Shown: one piece after another, positions 39,169 through 50,429 of the stretch
Layout: each line of letters opens with the position of its first letter
How positions within the stretch are numbered: the first letter of the stretch is position 1
Source: Scyliorhinus canicula
Taxonomy: Eukaryota
Assembly (NCBI RefSeq): GCF_902713615.1
Contig: NW_024055909.1
Location: forward strand, 248,001-312,000
Length of the DNA: 64,000 nt
Reading direction: 5' to 3'
The notes under the pieces: generated by a model
Databases searched by the model: none
Told to the model about the DNA's origin: nothing
Seen by the model: the letters and a program-made list of their open reading frames with translations, nothing else
Position numbers and translations under genes: made by a program

Positions 39169-39534
39169 GTGTCCAGTCGGATGTTGTGTTGACTCAGCCA
39201 GAGGCAGAGACCGGGCGTCCCGGAGGCTCCCTGAGACTGACTTGCAAAGCCAGCGGGTTCCGCGTAGGCGGCTTCAGCCTTCATTGGGTCCGATTCGTCC
39301 CCGGACAGGGTTTACAGTGGTTGCTTTACTATTATACTGCATCCAACAATTACTACGCCCCAGGGATTGAGAACCGATTTACTGCGTCCAAAGACCTTAC
39401 GAAGAACATCTTCGCTTTGGACATACGGAATCTGAAGACCAAAGACATCGCCATCTATTACTGTTCATGGCAGCCTACAAAATACTGGGGTGGCGAATAC
39501 TGGGGACAAGGCACCATGGTGACAGTGACGGCAG
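39169..39534 (+). CDS. IGHM: Joined VH-D-JH exon (RVQS|[22 protein letters not shown]...[26 protein letters not shown])
   Basis: Acceptor TTTTACAG at 39168. Canonical Cys/Trp/Cys and a full CDR2. WGQG J motif follows YYC in frame after 36 nt, with no intervening CACAGTG/CACTGTG. Donor G|GTCAGA at 39534. Confidence 0.97.
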
Positions 39535-39734
39535 GTCAGATTATTGCATTTATTTATCCCTACTCACAAAGTTGTTGCCATTATTCCAATTTTCTGGTTA
39601 TGTTCCGAATTAAATAGTTTGTTGGCGAGCGGGCTCCTTGAATTCCATGTTGAATTTTAATTGTACCAGGCATTTGTTTTGGTTGGAAAAATATGCATAA
39701 TAGAAGAAAAACAGCTGCGTCTCCATGAAACGTG

Positions 39735-40040
39735 TTTCAGCGCACGGTAGCACATTGGTTAGCACTATTGCTTCACAGCTCCAGGGTCCCAGGTTAGAGT
39801 CCCTGCTTGGGTCACTGTCTGTGTGTAGTGCACGTTCTCCCTGTGTCTGCGTGGGTTTCCTCCGAGTGGTCCGGTTTCCTCGCACAAGTCCCGAAAGACA
39901 TGCTGTTAGGTAATGTGGACATTCTGAATTCTCCCCCTCTGTACCCAAACAGGCGCCGGAGTGTGGCGACTCCGGGCTTTTCACAGTAACTTAAATGCAG
40001 TGCTAATGTAAGCCTACTTGTGACAATAAAGATTATTATT
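39735..40040 (+). mobile_element. tRNA-derived SINE in the J-C intron (others at ~30405-30620, 37885-38085, 46915-47145, 50870-51195, 52925-53205, 56680-56830, 57905-58230)
   Basis: GCACGGTAGCAC...GGTTAGCACT...GCTTCACAGC head and GTGACAATAAAGATTATTATT tail. Confidence 0.85.
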
Positions 40041-43000
40041 GACGTGATTTGGTATTTTTCTACGGTGGAGAAGATGTGACTGCGTTACTTTGAATAAGTA
40101 AAATTTGTGGAAACATTTTGCGTTTCTGACTTGCCCATGCATTGTTTCAACTCCGTGAGATTGCGCGGTTAAACGTTAACTGATTGCATGAAATACTTCA
40201 AGCACGATTGTAGGCAGAAAACAGGCAGACGTTAAAATGAAAAATTAACATTTTCAGATATGTTGGTGCATTTTTAAAAATTGTGATAATTGCAGTTTAA
40301 ATAAAGACAGGGTTTATGATGCTCGCTCAGAACATATTTTGTAACTGTGGTCACAAACTATTTAATTAACAAGTTCACCAAATGGAGAGTAAAATGAATG
40401 TCATTCAAACAGCTAGAATGAGCCAATATCTCTCCGTATTGAATAAAGGTGCGGTTAAATTAATATCATTATCATCAATCCCCTTTCACAATGCTGCTGT
40501 GTACTGGGCACAAACAACATGAACGGAAAACTTCAAGTTGTAAGTATTTTTTTTATTATCCCTGCAAATATTTCAATAAGACATTCTGATTCCAATCAGT
40601 GTTCAGTTTCACAAGCAATTTTGAAGTAATTGTTATATCCCAGGCTAAAACAGATAAATGAACATTCGCATTTACTTACATAGGAGTTTTATATTGCATT
40701 TTGGCAATATATGCATCCGGTTATGATATTATTTGTGTGCAGCCGCAACTATATTATCCCATCAATTTTATTTGTACTTTGACAGTGAGGTAATTATAAT
40801 TAACCTAATCCTAAACGGTTTTGTGAAGGAATTGTTAATAATGATGTTATGTAAATAGTTGGTGTATTTTCATATGGCTTGAGATTTGCAAATAAAACAG
40901 GAAAGTGAGCGAATTATTTTAAATCAAAAGTCTGCCAATAGCATCGAACCTGAAATCAATACCGTCTCCTATAACTGTGCTGCACACAGGAAAGAATCAG
41001 AGCTGAAATACTGATTATATCTGACCTTTATGGTTAGTTCTTTACTAAATATTACATTGAACAAGGAAATCGCGCCTTACTTTCTCGCAAACGTTCTGAA
41101 TGAATTGTTCCCAAGATTTAGATGCTTCAGTTTGGCTCTTCTCGAATTAATAATATATTTATTAACATATTTCCGGCAATTGTGTGAATTGCAGGTGTAA
41201 TTTTGAAAAATTGCCCGAGTTATTAAATCTAGGTAGTACCGTTACCGCTCACAAACTGCGGATATATATAGGCCCTGACAGTTTCTGATCAATAAAGTTG
41301 CTGCCTGTAGGTTATAACACAGACATTTTTTAAATATTCACTCCTGTAATAATATATATAGTTACGATTTACGACAATATTTAAATATGAGAGTCTTGTT
41401 TTGCCAACCAGCTGATATTACAGCCCATAAACCGACCGTGCGAAGTGGCCCACTCAAAATTAGGAACTACTTAAAATATTCCACACAAATGCATCATGTA
41501 AACCACTTACAGAGGATTAATTGAGGTTATAATACATGAACGTCTTTACGAATATTTTAGTGTTTACATGTTTGTCGGTAAAAAATGGCAGTTATAGGTA
41601 TTGCCCATTTTAAATTCTTAAAATGTGATTAGATTTAAATAAAATGACATATATGTCTCAATATTTCCCTCTGTTAATTTTATTTGTATTGCGTTACATA
41701 GGTTAAGTGCCATACTAATTCAGTTTACCCCAATTATTTCACAAAGTATTAGGCAGAAACATATTTTGAAATGTCAAAATTATTTTTTATTATTGAGTAC
41801 AAATCTGTTAACAAGCAAATTATCTGTAACCATAATAACTCGAACTTATTCTACACACATGTGATCTCCTACAACTGAGTAATTTCAGTGAGCTCATGGC
41901 CCCGGCCGTTAGGATTCACTCTTCCCGCCGGCGGCGCACCCCCTCCGGCGGCTTTCCCGACGGAGTGGGGTGGCTTAAATGGAAAATCCCATTGGCAAGT
42001 GGCAGGAGGGGAGAATCCCCCCGCCAACGAGCGGTGCGGCACCGAGCAAACGCTCCTCTTGGATGGGAAAAACCAGTCCCAGATCTCAACGTTTAGGAAG
42101 AATGTTTAATTGCATCCAAAATGAATTGAGAAAACAACACATATATTTCGTCAACTGTAAGGTGCTCGGTAAGGAGCTTTGCCTTGATTTCTTTGTTAGC
42201 TACATTCCATTACGAAATTATTATGTCAAACCAGTGGAGAATGAGTTTTGAATATGAATGCTTCCCGGTTTGTGTGTTGCTTCCCCTGTCACTGCGTGTC
42301 TTTTGAGAACATCAAATTATCCCTAATCTGCAAAGCTTGATATGCTCATATTCAGGGAAACTAAATCTATGTTTTTTCAAGATTGAATGTCAAAGGCGTT
42401 ATTATTGTAGTAATGGATCATTGATCAAATAGAATCACAGTTTGAATGAAATTGACAGACTGAACGTACTTATCTGCTGGAAACTCGGTTGTAGCACTGC
42501 TTGTGTCTGTTCAGATCTGTGCGCGTGGTCACTGTGTTGTACCAGGAACCTTGCTGACTGGTTGTAAACCTTCCGCTTCCTTCTCCTGTATTTCAAGGCG
42601 TGCAATCGGATTCATTTCTTCAAAAAGTATGCATGATCAGTGTGAAAGTTTGACTTCATATTTAATTGTATGCATCAGAAATCGGACTCCTGACAGACCG
42701 GGAAAATCACACACAATCGACAGCCTAGCAAAAGAGTTTAGTTCGATTTGTAACCGGTAATGTTGGGACTGTTGAATTAGGCAATTGGAAATGAATTTTA
42801 CTCTACATTTAACTTTTGCTCCTAATGTTCTCTGAATGAGATGGTGCAGAAGGAGTGAACAGACTGCATGAAAAAGTATACAGGGGGCTGGTTTAGCACA
42901 CTGGGCTAAATCGCTGGCTTTTAAAGCAGACCAAGGCAGGCCAGCAGGACGGTTCAATTCCCGTACCAGCCCCCACGTACAGGCGCCGGAATGTGGCGAC

Positions 43001-45599
43001 TAGGGGCTTTTCGCAGTAAGTTAATTGAAGCCTACTCGTGACAGTAAGCGATTTTCATATTGATCTAAGATTACATGGCAAGGCCAGCATTTTTTGCACT
43101 TTTCTAGTTTAGTTTCAGAAAGTGTCGTTGAATCCTATAGAGTCTATGGAATCCTTTCAGTGCAAAAGAAGGCCATTCGGACCATCGAAAGTATAGTTAC
43201 CCTCTTAAAGGGCACGTTACCTCGGCCGACTACGCGACTTATCCCCCTAACACCGGAGCCCCACCTAGCCTGCACATGGTTGGACTATGGTGGAACCCCG
43301 GAGCACCTGGAGGAGTCGCATTCTTAAATCGCTGAAACAATGTGTGTCAGTACACTCAAAGTAATGTTAGGAAGCGATTTGCATGATTATCCCCAGGTAA
43401 GAGTGAAGAAATGATTATATAGTTGCAAATCATGATAATTGTGTATTCAAGGGGAACTGAAGGTTACACTATCGTCAGTAGGACCCATTCCACTTTCAGC
43501 TGGTGGAGGGACGTGGGTTGGGAAGGAGCTTTGTCGAGTCGCTGTTGTAAGGGACACTGTGCACCGGAGGTAGAGAGAGTGAGTTTTTAAGGTGGTGGGT
43601 GTGGTGCGAATTTTCCTGGCGACATTGTCCTTGACAGCGTCGAATTTATTGAATGTTGTTGGATTGGCATTCATAGAGGCATATGGAATTTATTCAATAG
43701 TTGTCCCCCTTTGTGTCTTCTCTAGATGATGGTCGGCTTTGATATAAAATTGTTGAGTTGCTCCGGGAGTTGGGGTTTTGGTGGTGGAAGGAGGCGGAGA
43801 GACAGGACTTGGGGCGGGAGGGTATTCAGAGGCAGGAGATTCAGGAGAGGTCATAACTTCATAATTGTCCTGTGCCTGACCTGAACGTCTTCTCCCCACA
43901 TCATTAAACACATTTAATCAGCTTCTATCTCAATAAGTATGTTCGTAAACATCAATTCTCGCGTTACTCCTGTGAACTAATGCACTTTAATTGATTTTAA
44001 CAATCTTTCTGAAAAATGAACATGCATGCATTTTACTGAATTAATTATGTTTAGGCATTTGAGTATCAAATAATCATTCCATGAGAGCGACCTGACGTTG
44101 GACGCGGTTTTATAATACTTTCAGGAAGTGAGAGCAACGCTCCAGCGAGCGGCGTCTGTTCTGGTCTGATAGGAAGCTGCAAGTTATTTTCACTCCCGAA
44201 ATAGAGAATGATTAGACGCCCATGCCAAATAACCAACGTAAGAAACTTTTGGTTCAAATTATTATTTCATTCTATTCTTTGAAATTGTTCACTGACAAAA
44301 ATAACAGGATCGAGGTGCAAGTATCCCACTGGGCCACCATACGGAGTATAAAGCCACAGAACTACATTTCTGTCACATATTTCAAGTGCTGCATTTAGTC
44401 TGAAATCGGCTGTTTCATCATAAATCTAATTCCTTGAGTGCATTCGATTGACTCAGTTACCTCGGATTAATCAGATCCCTTTATTTTAACGTACGTTTCC
44501 ATTATTCGAAACAATATAATGATATCAAAGAGCTGCAAGGGAGTATTAAACATTTTCTCCCATCAAATGAGAAAGAATGTGTCCAATGAGTCCTACAGAC
44601 TGGTAGAATTATGTGGTAGATAACTGAGTAATTCGGCTCATCATGCCCATTTTGACTCTAAAATAGTTCCAATTTGGAGCCACAACTCGTAAATCTGTTA
44701 ATTAATTGACATATCAAATCACTTTATTCATTCCAGATGCAGCGAACCGGGGAAGACACAATGATCTGGATGATCTTCTCATTTGCAGTAACCACTCTAT
44801 AATTCCAAAGTCAACACCTTCTGACTGGAGCAAAACACGTTCTGCATCACCCCGAATTTCCTAATTATTTTGTCAATTGTTTCCTTTTGATAACCAGCAG
44901 AAAGAATTTCTCCTCAACTATTATATTAACAATATCTCGTCATTTTGAACATATCTCTCCAATAACCCCATAAGACACACGGTTCGAACGAGAACAAGTT
45001 AGCTGGTGTAATCTCTCTATAAAATTGAACTCTCGCACACGTGACATGCTTAGTACATCCTCTCCGTATTCTCCACAGGGACTTGACCATCTCCCTAAAG
45101 TGGTGGTCAGAAGTTTTCAGAAGGTAGAGCAGCCTGGTCAGTGCTTGAAAAACGTCATCATGAATTTATCCTTGTCGGTGTTCCTATTTACAAGACCAAG
45201 TCTTCCATTCGCTTTTCAAGCCACTTTAACAACCTTTCCTGCTGCTTTCAAAAACGTTGTCAATGTGCATCCCTCTAATTCGCCACCCTGACAAAAATTA
45301 GTAATCCTTGATATTCCATAATGTAGAGTGTGATTTCCGAATAACTCAGGTATCTGAATTATCCACAAAACAGAAGTGCGAGTTGACCATATCAACACAC
45401 TTAATGCCGTTAACCCTTCCTTCATTAGCGTGGTAAACTAATCCAAGGGAGATTAGTGGGGCAATTAGGGCCACAGAAAATGCACCTTTTTGGTTCTGAG
45501 CTCCTTCAGCCCTCAAGGTAAATTAGATAGATTATAATCTCTCTTTGGCCTTTGTCAGTGCGAGAGAGAGAGAGAGAGAGAGAGTCTAATTTGTTCTGA

Positions 45600-45727
45600 A
45601 GTAGAATTGCTCTATGGACCACTAAAATATCACCGTGGACCCCCAATTCGGTATTTTATTTGTGTGGACCCCCAGTAATGTTACATGGACCCCCAGGGTC
45701 CATGTGGACCCCGGTTGAGAAACATTG
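45600..45727 (+). mobile_element. hAT-type DNA transposon right end
   Basis: Terminal GGTTGAGAAACATTG (45713-45727), preceded by several GGACCCC subterminal repeats. No matching left end was found. Confidence 0.6.
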
Positions 45728-47241
45728 TTGTAGACAAAGATGACTCAGTGGAATGTGTAATAGTTTGGTAAAATTGAACTTTTGAAAGGAAGATCAAAGT
45801 CATGATCAACTGAATAGCTTTTTTCCCCCAGACATTATATTTCATAATTTATAATGCTCTTATTCTTTCAGAGCATGCAGTGATTTCTTTTAAATATGCG
45901 ATAACTTGTATGACTATAAGTAACATCTGTAATGAAGAAAAGTAAACCAATCCAAATTTTTTTTTAATCCTCTGAAATTAATAGTGAGCTGCAATTGTAT
46001 GACCACTGCAATGTAGTGCGACGCCCCAAACATTTTCCTCGATCTTGACAAGAGACGCCCTAACCGGAGTCGTATAATGAGAAGTTATGGCAGTTCCCCA
46101 CAAGCTTTGTCCAAGAGGAAGGTTTAAGGCAGCTTTTAAAATGGAATGACGGATGAAATTTAATATCAAGAATGGGAGAAACTGTGCAGATGTCAGGAGG
46201 CTGGTAGTAAATGTATGTAGGAGGTGTCCAATCCACAAAATGTGGAACAGTCTAACTCTAAAATATTTAATACTAAAATATAAAATATTTGGGGAGTTAA
46301 GTGAGTTTCTCCACAGCAAACAAGATCTGAAGAAAATCAACAATTCAATGTTCCGAATTCGCTCGGGAAAACAATCACATGGTCAGAATGCACCTTTCGG
46401 AATAATGGCCTTCATTTTCTGCAAGGCTGGAATTATTTGAAGGTGTTTTACAGTTGGTCTCACAGCCCACTTTAGCTCCAAGGGCACTGCAGGTCATGAT
46501 TAGAAAATGTTGGAATTACTTTATCTTGTACTCAGGTTTAGAGTTGTAGGGCTATTTTATAAGCACTCCTTGCCAAGCAACGTTTGAAGCGGAGTTATTA
46601 TTTTTTGAGGGCCATGGGGCTGGAGTGGACAGGTGTCAATTTCAATAAGGCCAGTTTCCAGTGCAACAACCTGACGACGAGAAAACAGTTTGTTCTTCAC
46701 GAAAATGTAAATATTTTTGAAACGGTAGTTGCAATATTTGGAAAATGTTCTGCTCTTCTATTTTAATCTAACGAAGTCGACGTCATTCAGCTAAAATCAA
46801 CATTTTTAAAAATGTGTCAGAGGCAGAGAAAGTGAACATGGGAAGAACAATTCATAATGGTACTGATGGAAACTCAAATGCGGATGTACACATTACTGTC
46901 AAAATAATGGAATAGGGCAGCACGGTGGCACAGTGGTTAGCATTGCTGCCTCACGTCGCCGAGGTCCCCGATTCGATTCCGGCTCTGGGTCACTGCCCGT
47001 GTGGGGTTTACACATTCTCCCCGTGTTGGCGTGGGTGTCACCCCCACAACCCAAAAATGTTCAGGGAAGGTGGATTGGCCACGCTAAATTGCCCCCTATG
47101 TGGAAAAAATGAAGTGGGTAATCTAAATTTATTTTTAAAAATTGAATAAATGTATAACTATAGCCTAATGTTAAGTTGTTTGGTTACTAATTAAAAGCAA
47201 ACAATAGGATCTGACATGTTCAATCCGTCTTTCTTTTCCAG

Positions 47242-47541
47242 CGACACCGTCTCTGCCCACTCTCTACAGCCTGGCCCCCTCCTGTCAGCAACACAACACC
47301 GACGGCTCCGTGACCTATGGCTGTTTGGCGATGGACTACTCCCCAGAAATCAGCAGCCTTACCTGGAAGAAAGATGGGCAGCCGATCACCACTGGATTGA
47401 AGACTTATCCGGCAGTGAGAAACATAAAGGGAACCTACACCCTGAGCAGCCAGTTAACCATCCCTGAGTCATAGGGGGCATGCAGCAAAATCAGCTGTGA
47501 AGTTCGACACAGCGGCTCAGACAAGAGCATTGGAATGACAT
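47242..47541 (+). CDS. IGHM: Cmu1 exon with a premature stop
   Basis: [99 protein letters not shown]. Acceptor CTTTTCCAG, donor T|GTAAGT, 300 nt. Confidence 0.95.
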
Positions 47542-47751
47542 GTAAGTGTTGTGGAACCAGTACAAAATAGGAAATCTATGAATACCTTGTGTAAGGTCTT
47601 GGTTATAACGCAGTTATAGTAATCACTATATTCCTGATCCCAGGAAAATCCAGGTTCGTGTCTGTTGACCACAAAAACTGGCATGTATAACAGCTCATTC
47701 TATTTATTTTAAATTTCGTCTATAAGAAATATCTAACACTTGTTTTTGAAG

Positions 47752-48066
47752 GTCGTAAAAATGACAAACCTCCAAATCTTCTCCTCACTGTGAGTTCCAG
47801 TGAAGAAATCACGCGCACTAAATTTGCAACCATGGTCTGTTCAATCATCGATTTCCGTCCAAAGTTAATGACGGTGAAGTGGCTGAAGAATGGACAACCC
47901 ATGGGTTCAGGAATTGTCACCTCTCCCGCCTGTGAAGTGAACGAGAACTTCTCGGCGAGCAGTCGGCTGACAGTCTCCGCTGGGGAATGGTTCAGCAAAG
48001 CGGTCTATACCTGCCAGGTCACTCATAAAGGGCTCACACAAAGTCGGAATATCGGCACATCTGAAG
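47752..48066 (+). CDS. IGHM: Cmu2 exon (open)
   Basis: [37 protein letters not shown]...KWLKNG...[13 protein letters not shown]. Acceptor TTTTTGAAG, donor G|GTAAGA, 315 nt. Confidence 0.95.
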
Positions 48067-48229
48067 GTAAGAGATACAAACCGAGGAAATATTGATAATT
48101 CTATGCTGCGATGTTAAGCATTATGCAGAATTTTATTAACCTACAACAACTTCTAATTTATTGCCATGTTCTTTGTGCTTCACTCTGATGTAAGCGCTGT
48201 ATTAGATTGCTCAACATTCAGGATTTGAT

Positions 48230-49720
48230 CACATCAGCAAAGACATGTTCCCTCGAGTCTGATGTCATTCAGTGGCTGAGTTTCAGTCATTATTGACTTG
48301 CCTGGATAAGTGCAGCTCCAACGACACTCAAGAAGCTTGACACCATCCAGGGCAAAAGAGGCCGCTTGATTTGCATCTCTTCCACAAACATTCATTTCCT
48401 CCACCTCCAACATAGAGCAGCAGCAGTATTTAGAATCTGCAAGATACAGTTTGTGCATTCTCCCTGTGTCTGCGTGGGTTTGAACTCTACAACCCAAGGA
48501 TGTATTAGATAGATTTGCCACGCTTACTTACCCCTTGAAAAGATTTTTTAAAAATAATCTACAAAATACACTGCAGGAACTTACTGTGCCTCCGTTAACA
48601 GAATCTTCAAATCCCACGACCGCTACCATCACGAAGGACAAGTGCAGCAGGATGACTACCTTCTGGAATTTGCCCCCCAAGTCACTCACCATTTTAAGGT
48701 CAGAAGAGCGGATGACTTGCACAATGTTCAGCACCATTAGTAACTCCTCAGATAATGAAGCCGTCCATGTCCAAATGCAGCAAGACCAGGACAATATCCA
48801 GCAGTAATAACAAGTGGTAAGTTGCATTCGCGACCATCTCCTACAAGAGAGGATGTAACCACCGCCCCTTGACATTCAATGGGATTACCACCACTTAATC
48901 CCTCACAATCAACATTCTGGGAGTTACCATTGAATCCTACAGCGAGCAACTGACCTCCTGATCCCCCAAAGCCTGTCCACTGACAAGGCACAAGTGAGGA
49001 GTGTAAAGTAATACTCTCACTTGTCTGGATGAATGCAGCTCCAACAACACTCAAGAAGCTCGACACCATCCACGACAAAGCAGCCCGCTTGATTGCTCCC
49101 CCTTCCACAAACATTCAAACCCTCCACCACCGAAGAACAATGGCAGCCATGTGTACCATCTACAAGATGCACTGCAGTAACGCACCAAGGCTCCTCAGAC
49201 AACAACATACAAACCCAGGACCACTACCATCTCGAAGGACAAGAGCAGCAGATACCTGGGAACCTCACCACCTGGATGTACCCCTCCAAGTCACTCACCA
49301 CCCTGACTTGGAAATATATCGGCGCTCCTTCACTGCCACTGGGGAAAATCCTGAACTGCCTCCCTAACAGCACAGTGGATGTACCTTCACCTCAGAGACT
49401 GTAGCAGTTCAAGAAGGCAACTCAACACCGCCCTCTGCAGGGTAGCTAGAAATGGGCAATAAATTCTGACCTAACCAGCGACGCCCACATCACATAAATG
49501 AATAAAAGAAAGAACATGTCGACCTCGAAATTTCTCACCATCGCTTCACTGTTGCTGGGCCAAAATTCTGGAATTCGCTCCATAACAAGGCTGGGGATAT
49601 ATACACCACATGGACTACAGTGGTTGAAGAAGGCAGCTGACCTCCACCTCTCAAGATAAATAATGGATAGGCAATAAATGCTGTCCTAGCCAGAGACGCC
49701 GACATCGCATTGATTTCTGG
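48230..49720 (+). mobile_element. Decayed LINE RT/C-terminal fragments and a SINE remnant in the Cmu2-Cmu3 intron
   Basis: AAPTTLKKLDTIHDKAARLI and DNEAVHVQMQQDQDNIQ motifs, same family as 30810-32810. Confidence 0.75.
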
Positions 49721-49947
49721 AACCGTTTACTGGTAACAGCTTCTGTTCAAAGCATTGGAAAGTGAATTTCTAAAACAGTGTTGCGTACTGAAGAAGCTGG
49801 TGTACCATTTGTGTATTGAAGATTTAAGGAATTGTTAAGGGTTGATACATCGAGGTTGGTATAGTTTCCTTTAGAGAGTGAAGGCTGAATACTGCTGTCC
49901 TGATTCTAAAGATGGAATTTGGTTTGATTTTAATTTGTCATTCACAG

Positions 49948-50256
49948 AGCCTGCCCCTTGCATTGATGTCTCAGTAAATATACTGCCTCCGTCAATAGAA
50001 CAGGTCTTACTGGAGGCGACTGTAACCTTAACCTGCGTCATTTCGAATACTCCTTATGGAGTCAACGTGTCCTGGAGTGAAGCGAAGAAGCTGCTGAAAT
50101 CAGAGATTGCTGAACAGCCTGGGGCAGATACTAGGAGTGTGGTCAGCAAATTAAACATCTCGACACAAGCCTGGCTAAGTGGGGCTGTGTTTGGCTGCGA
50201 GGTGAGCCACCAGGATCTGCCAACGCCCTTAAAAAAATCCATCCACAAAGAAGAAG
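49948..50256 (+). CDS. IGHM: Cmu3 exon (open)
   Basis: [43 protein letters not shown]...[28 protein letters not shown]. Acceptor TTCACAG, donor G|GTGAGA, 309 nt. Confidence 0.96.
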
Positions 50257-50429
50257 GTGAGATTGAAGCAAAGGCCTGTCCCTTATATTTAGTGTTTAAT
50301 GGACCACATTGATAATTGTTAATTCCAATAACGAAATCCTCCGAAAGCGCAGATCATAGATTTAAGGAGAAATTGGATAAGTGAACGAATGAGAAAGGAA
50401 CAGAAGGATTTAACACTAAAACAAATAAG

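Noticed and set aside
39169-39534. IgNAR (VNAR) or IgW assignment
   Set aside because: The V has a full CDR2 and a VH-type FR2. There are four C exons with IgM-specific sequence ([41 protein letters not shown]) and an IgM-type tail.
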